NCBI GenBank assembly: GCA_002722155.1
Contig: PBKS01000016.1
Span: 1,391 to 65,390 of the forward strand
Direction of reading: 5' to 3'
Source of the DNA: Chloroflexota bacterium
GTDB taxonomy: Bacteria > Chloroflexota > Dehalococcoidia > Lucifugimonadales > UBA826
Length of the DNA: 64,000 bases
The notes below the pieces were generated by a model that did not search any database, was not told where the DNA came from, and worked only from the letters and a program-made list of their open reading frames with translations. This document shows positions 63,795 through 64,000 of this stretch, piece after piece (the stretch's first letter is position 1; each line of letters begins with the position of its first letter). A program made the translations under genes and the position numbers.

Positions 63795-64000
63795 TTAAGC
63801 GGATTCTAGAATTTCAGTGATATGTGTGTTATCCAAAAGCGGATATATTTTTTCGAATATAGAGGTTATTTCCTTGGTTTGTCTGACTATATCCCTAGAA
63901 TTATTGTAATTCTCAATAGATTCCCATTCTTGAGTAGTAACCACAGTCCCATGTGGCCCCAAGAATTTTCTATAGACTTTCATTTCAGGAAGGCCGATTG
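63795..64000 (-). CDS. Hypothetical small protein, probably truncated by the window edge
   Basis: The frame stays open from the ATG at 63983 to the window edge (IGLPE-MKVYRK), and EWES resembles dimeric alpha-beta barrel proteins. Confidence 0.5.
   Translation of the reverse strand, partial: IGLPEMKVYRKFLGPHGTVVTTQEWESIENYNNSRDIVRQTKEITSIFEKIYPLLDNTHITEILESA

Overview
Gene-dense, roughly 40% GC bacterial chromosomal segment with standard code 11 usage. It most likely comes from a marine SAR202-type Dehalococcoidia (Chloroflexota); this is an inference from F420 biosynthesis cofD/cofC, several luciferase-like monooxygenases, sulfatases, thiolase/DUF35 pairs, tandem SDRs and a CoA-transferase III. 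The window holds housekeeping genes (recF, ligA, gyrB, trmL, panB/panC, surE, nudC, pyruvate dehydrogenase, msrB), three tRNAs (Phe, Gly, Asn) and many catabolic enzymes. I saw no CRISPR array, integrase, transposase or prophage. The strongest signal is the thiolase-like gene at 36314->35145. It has an in-frame UGA at codon 371, inside the conserved C-terminal G-x-GG loop, followed immediately by a bacterial SECIS-like hairpin and 18 more thiolase-like codons. This makes it a candidate selenocysteine-containing thiolase/aldolase paired with a DUF35 OB-fold partner, and a non-Sec paralogous pair in the same window allows comparison. Other notable items are an uncalled 47-aa His/Cys microprotein coupled to a JAB peptidase, probable ATT and CTG starts (recF, MATE), a ThnT/DmpA-type hydrolase in front of panBC, a stand-alone ALDH1L1-like formyl-THF hydrolase, and a lipoprotein-cyclophilin fusion.
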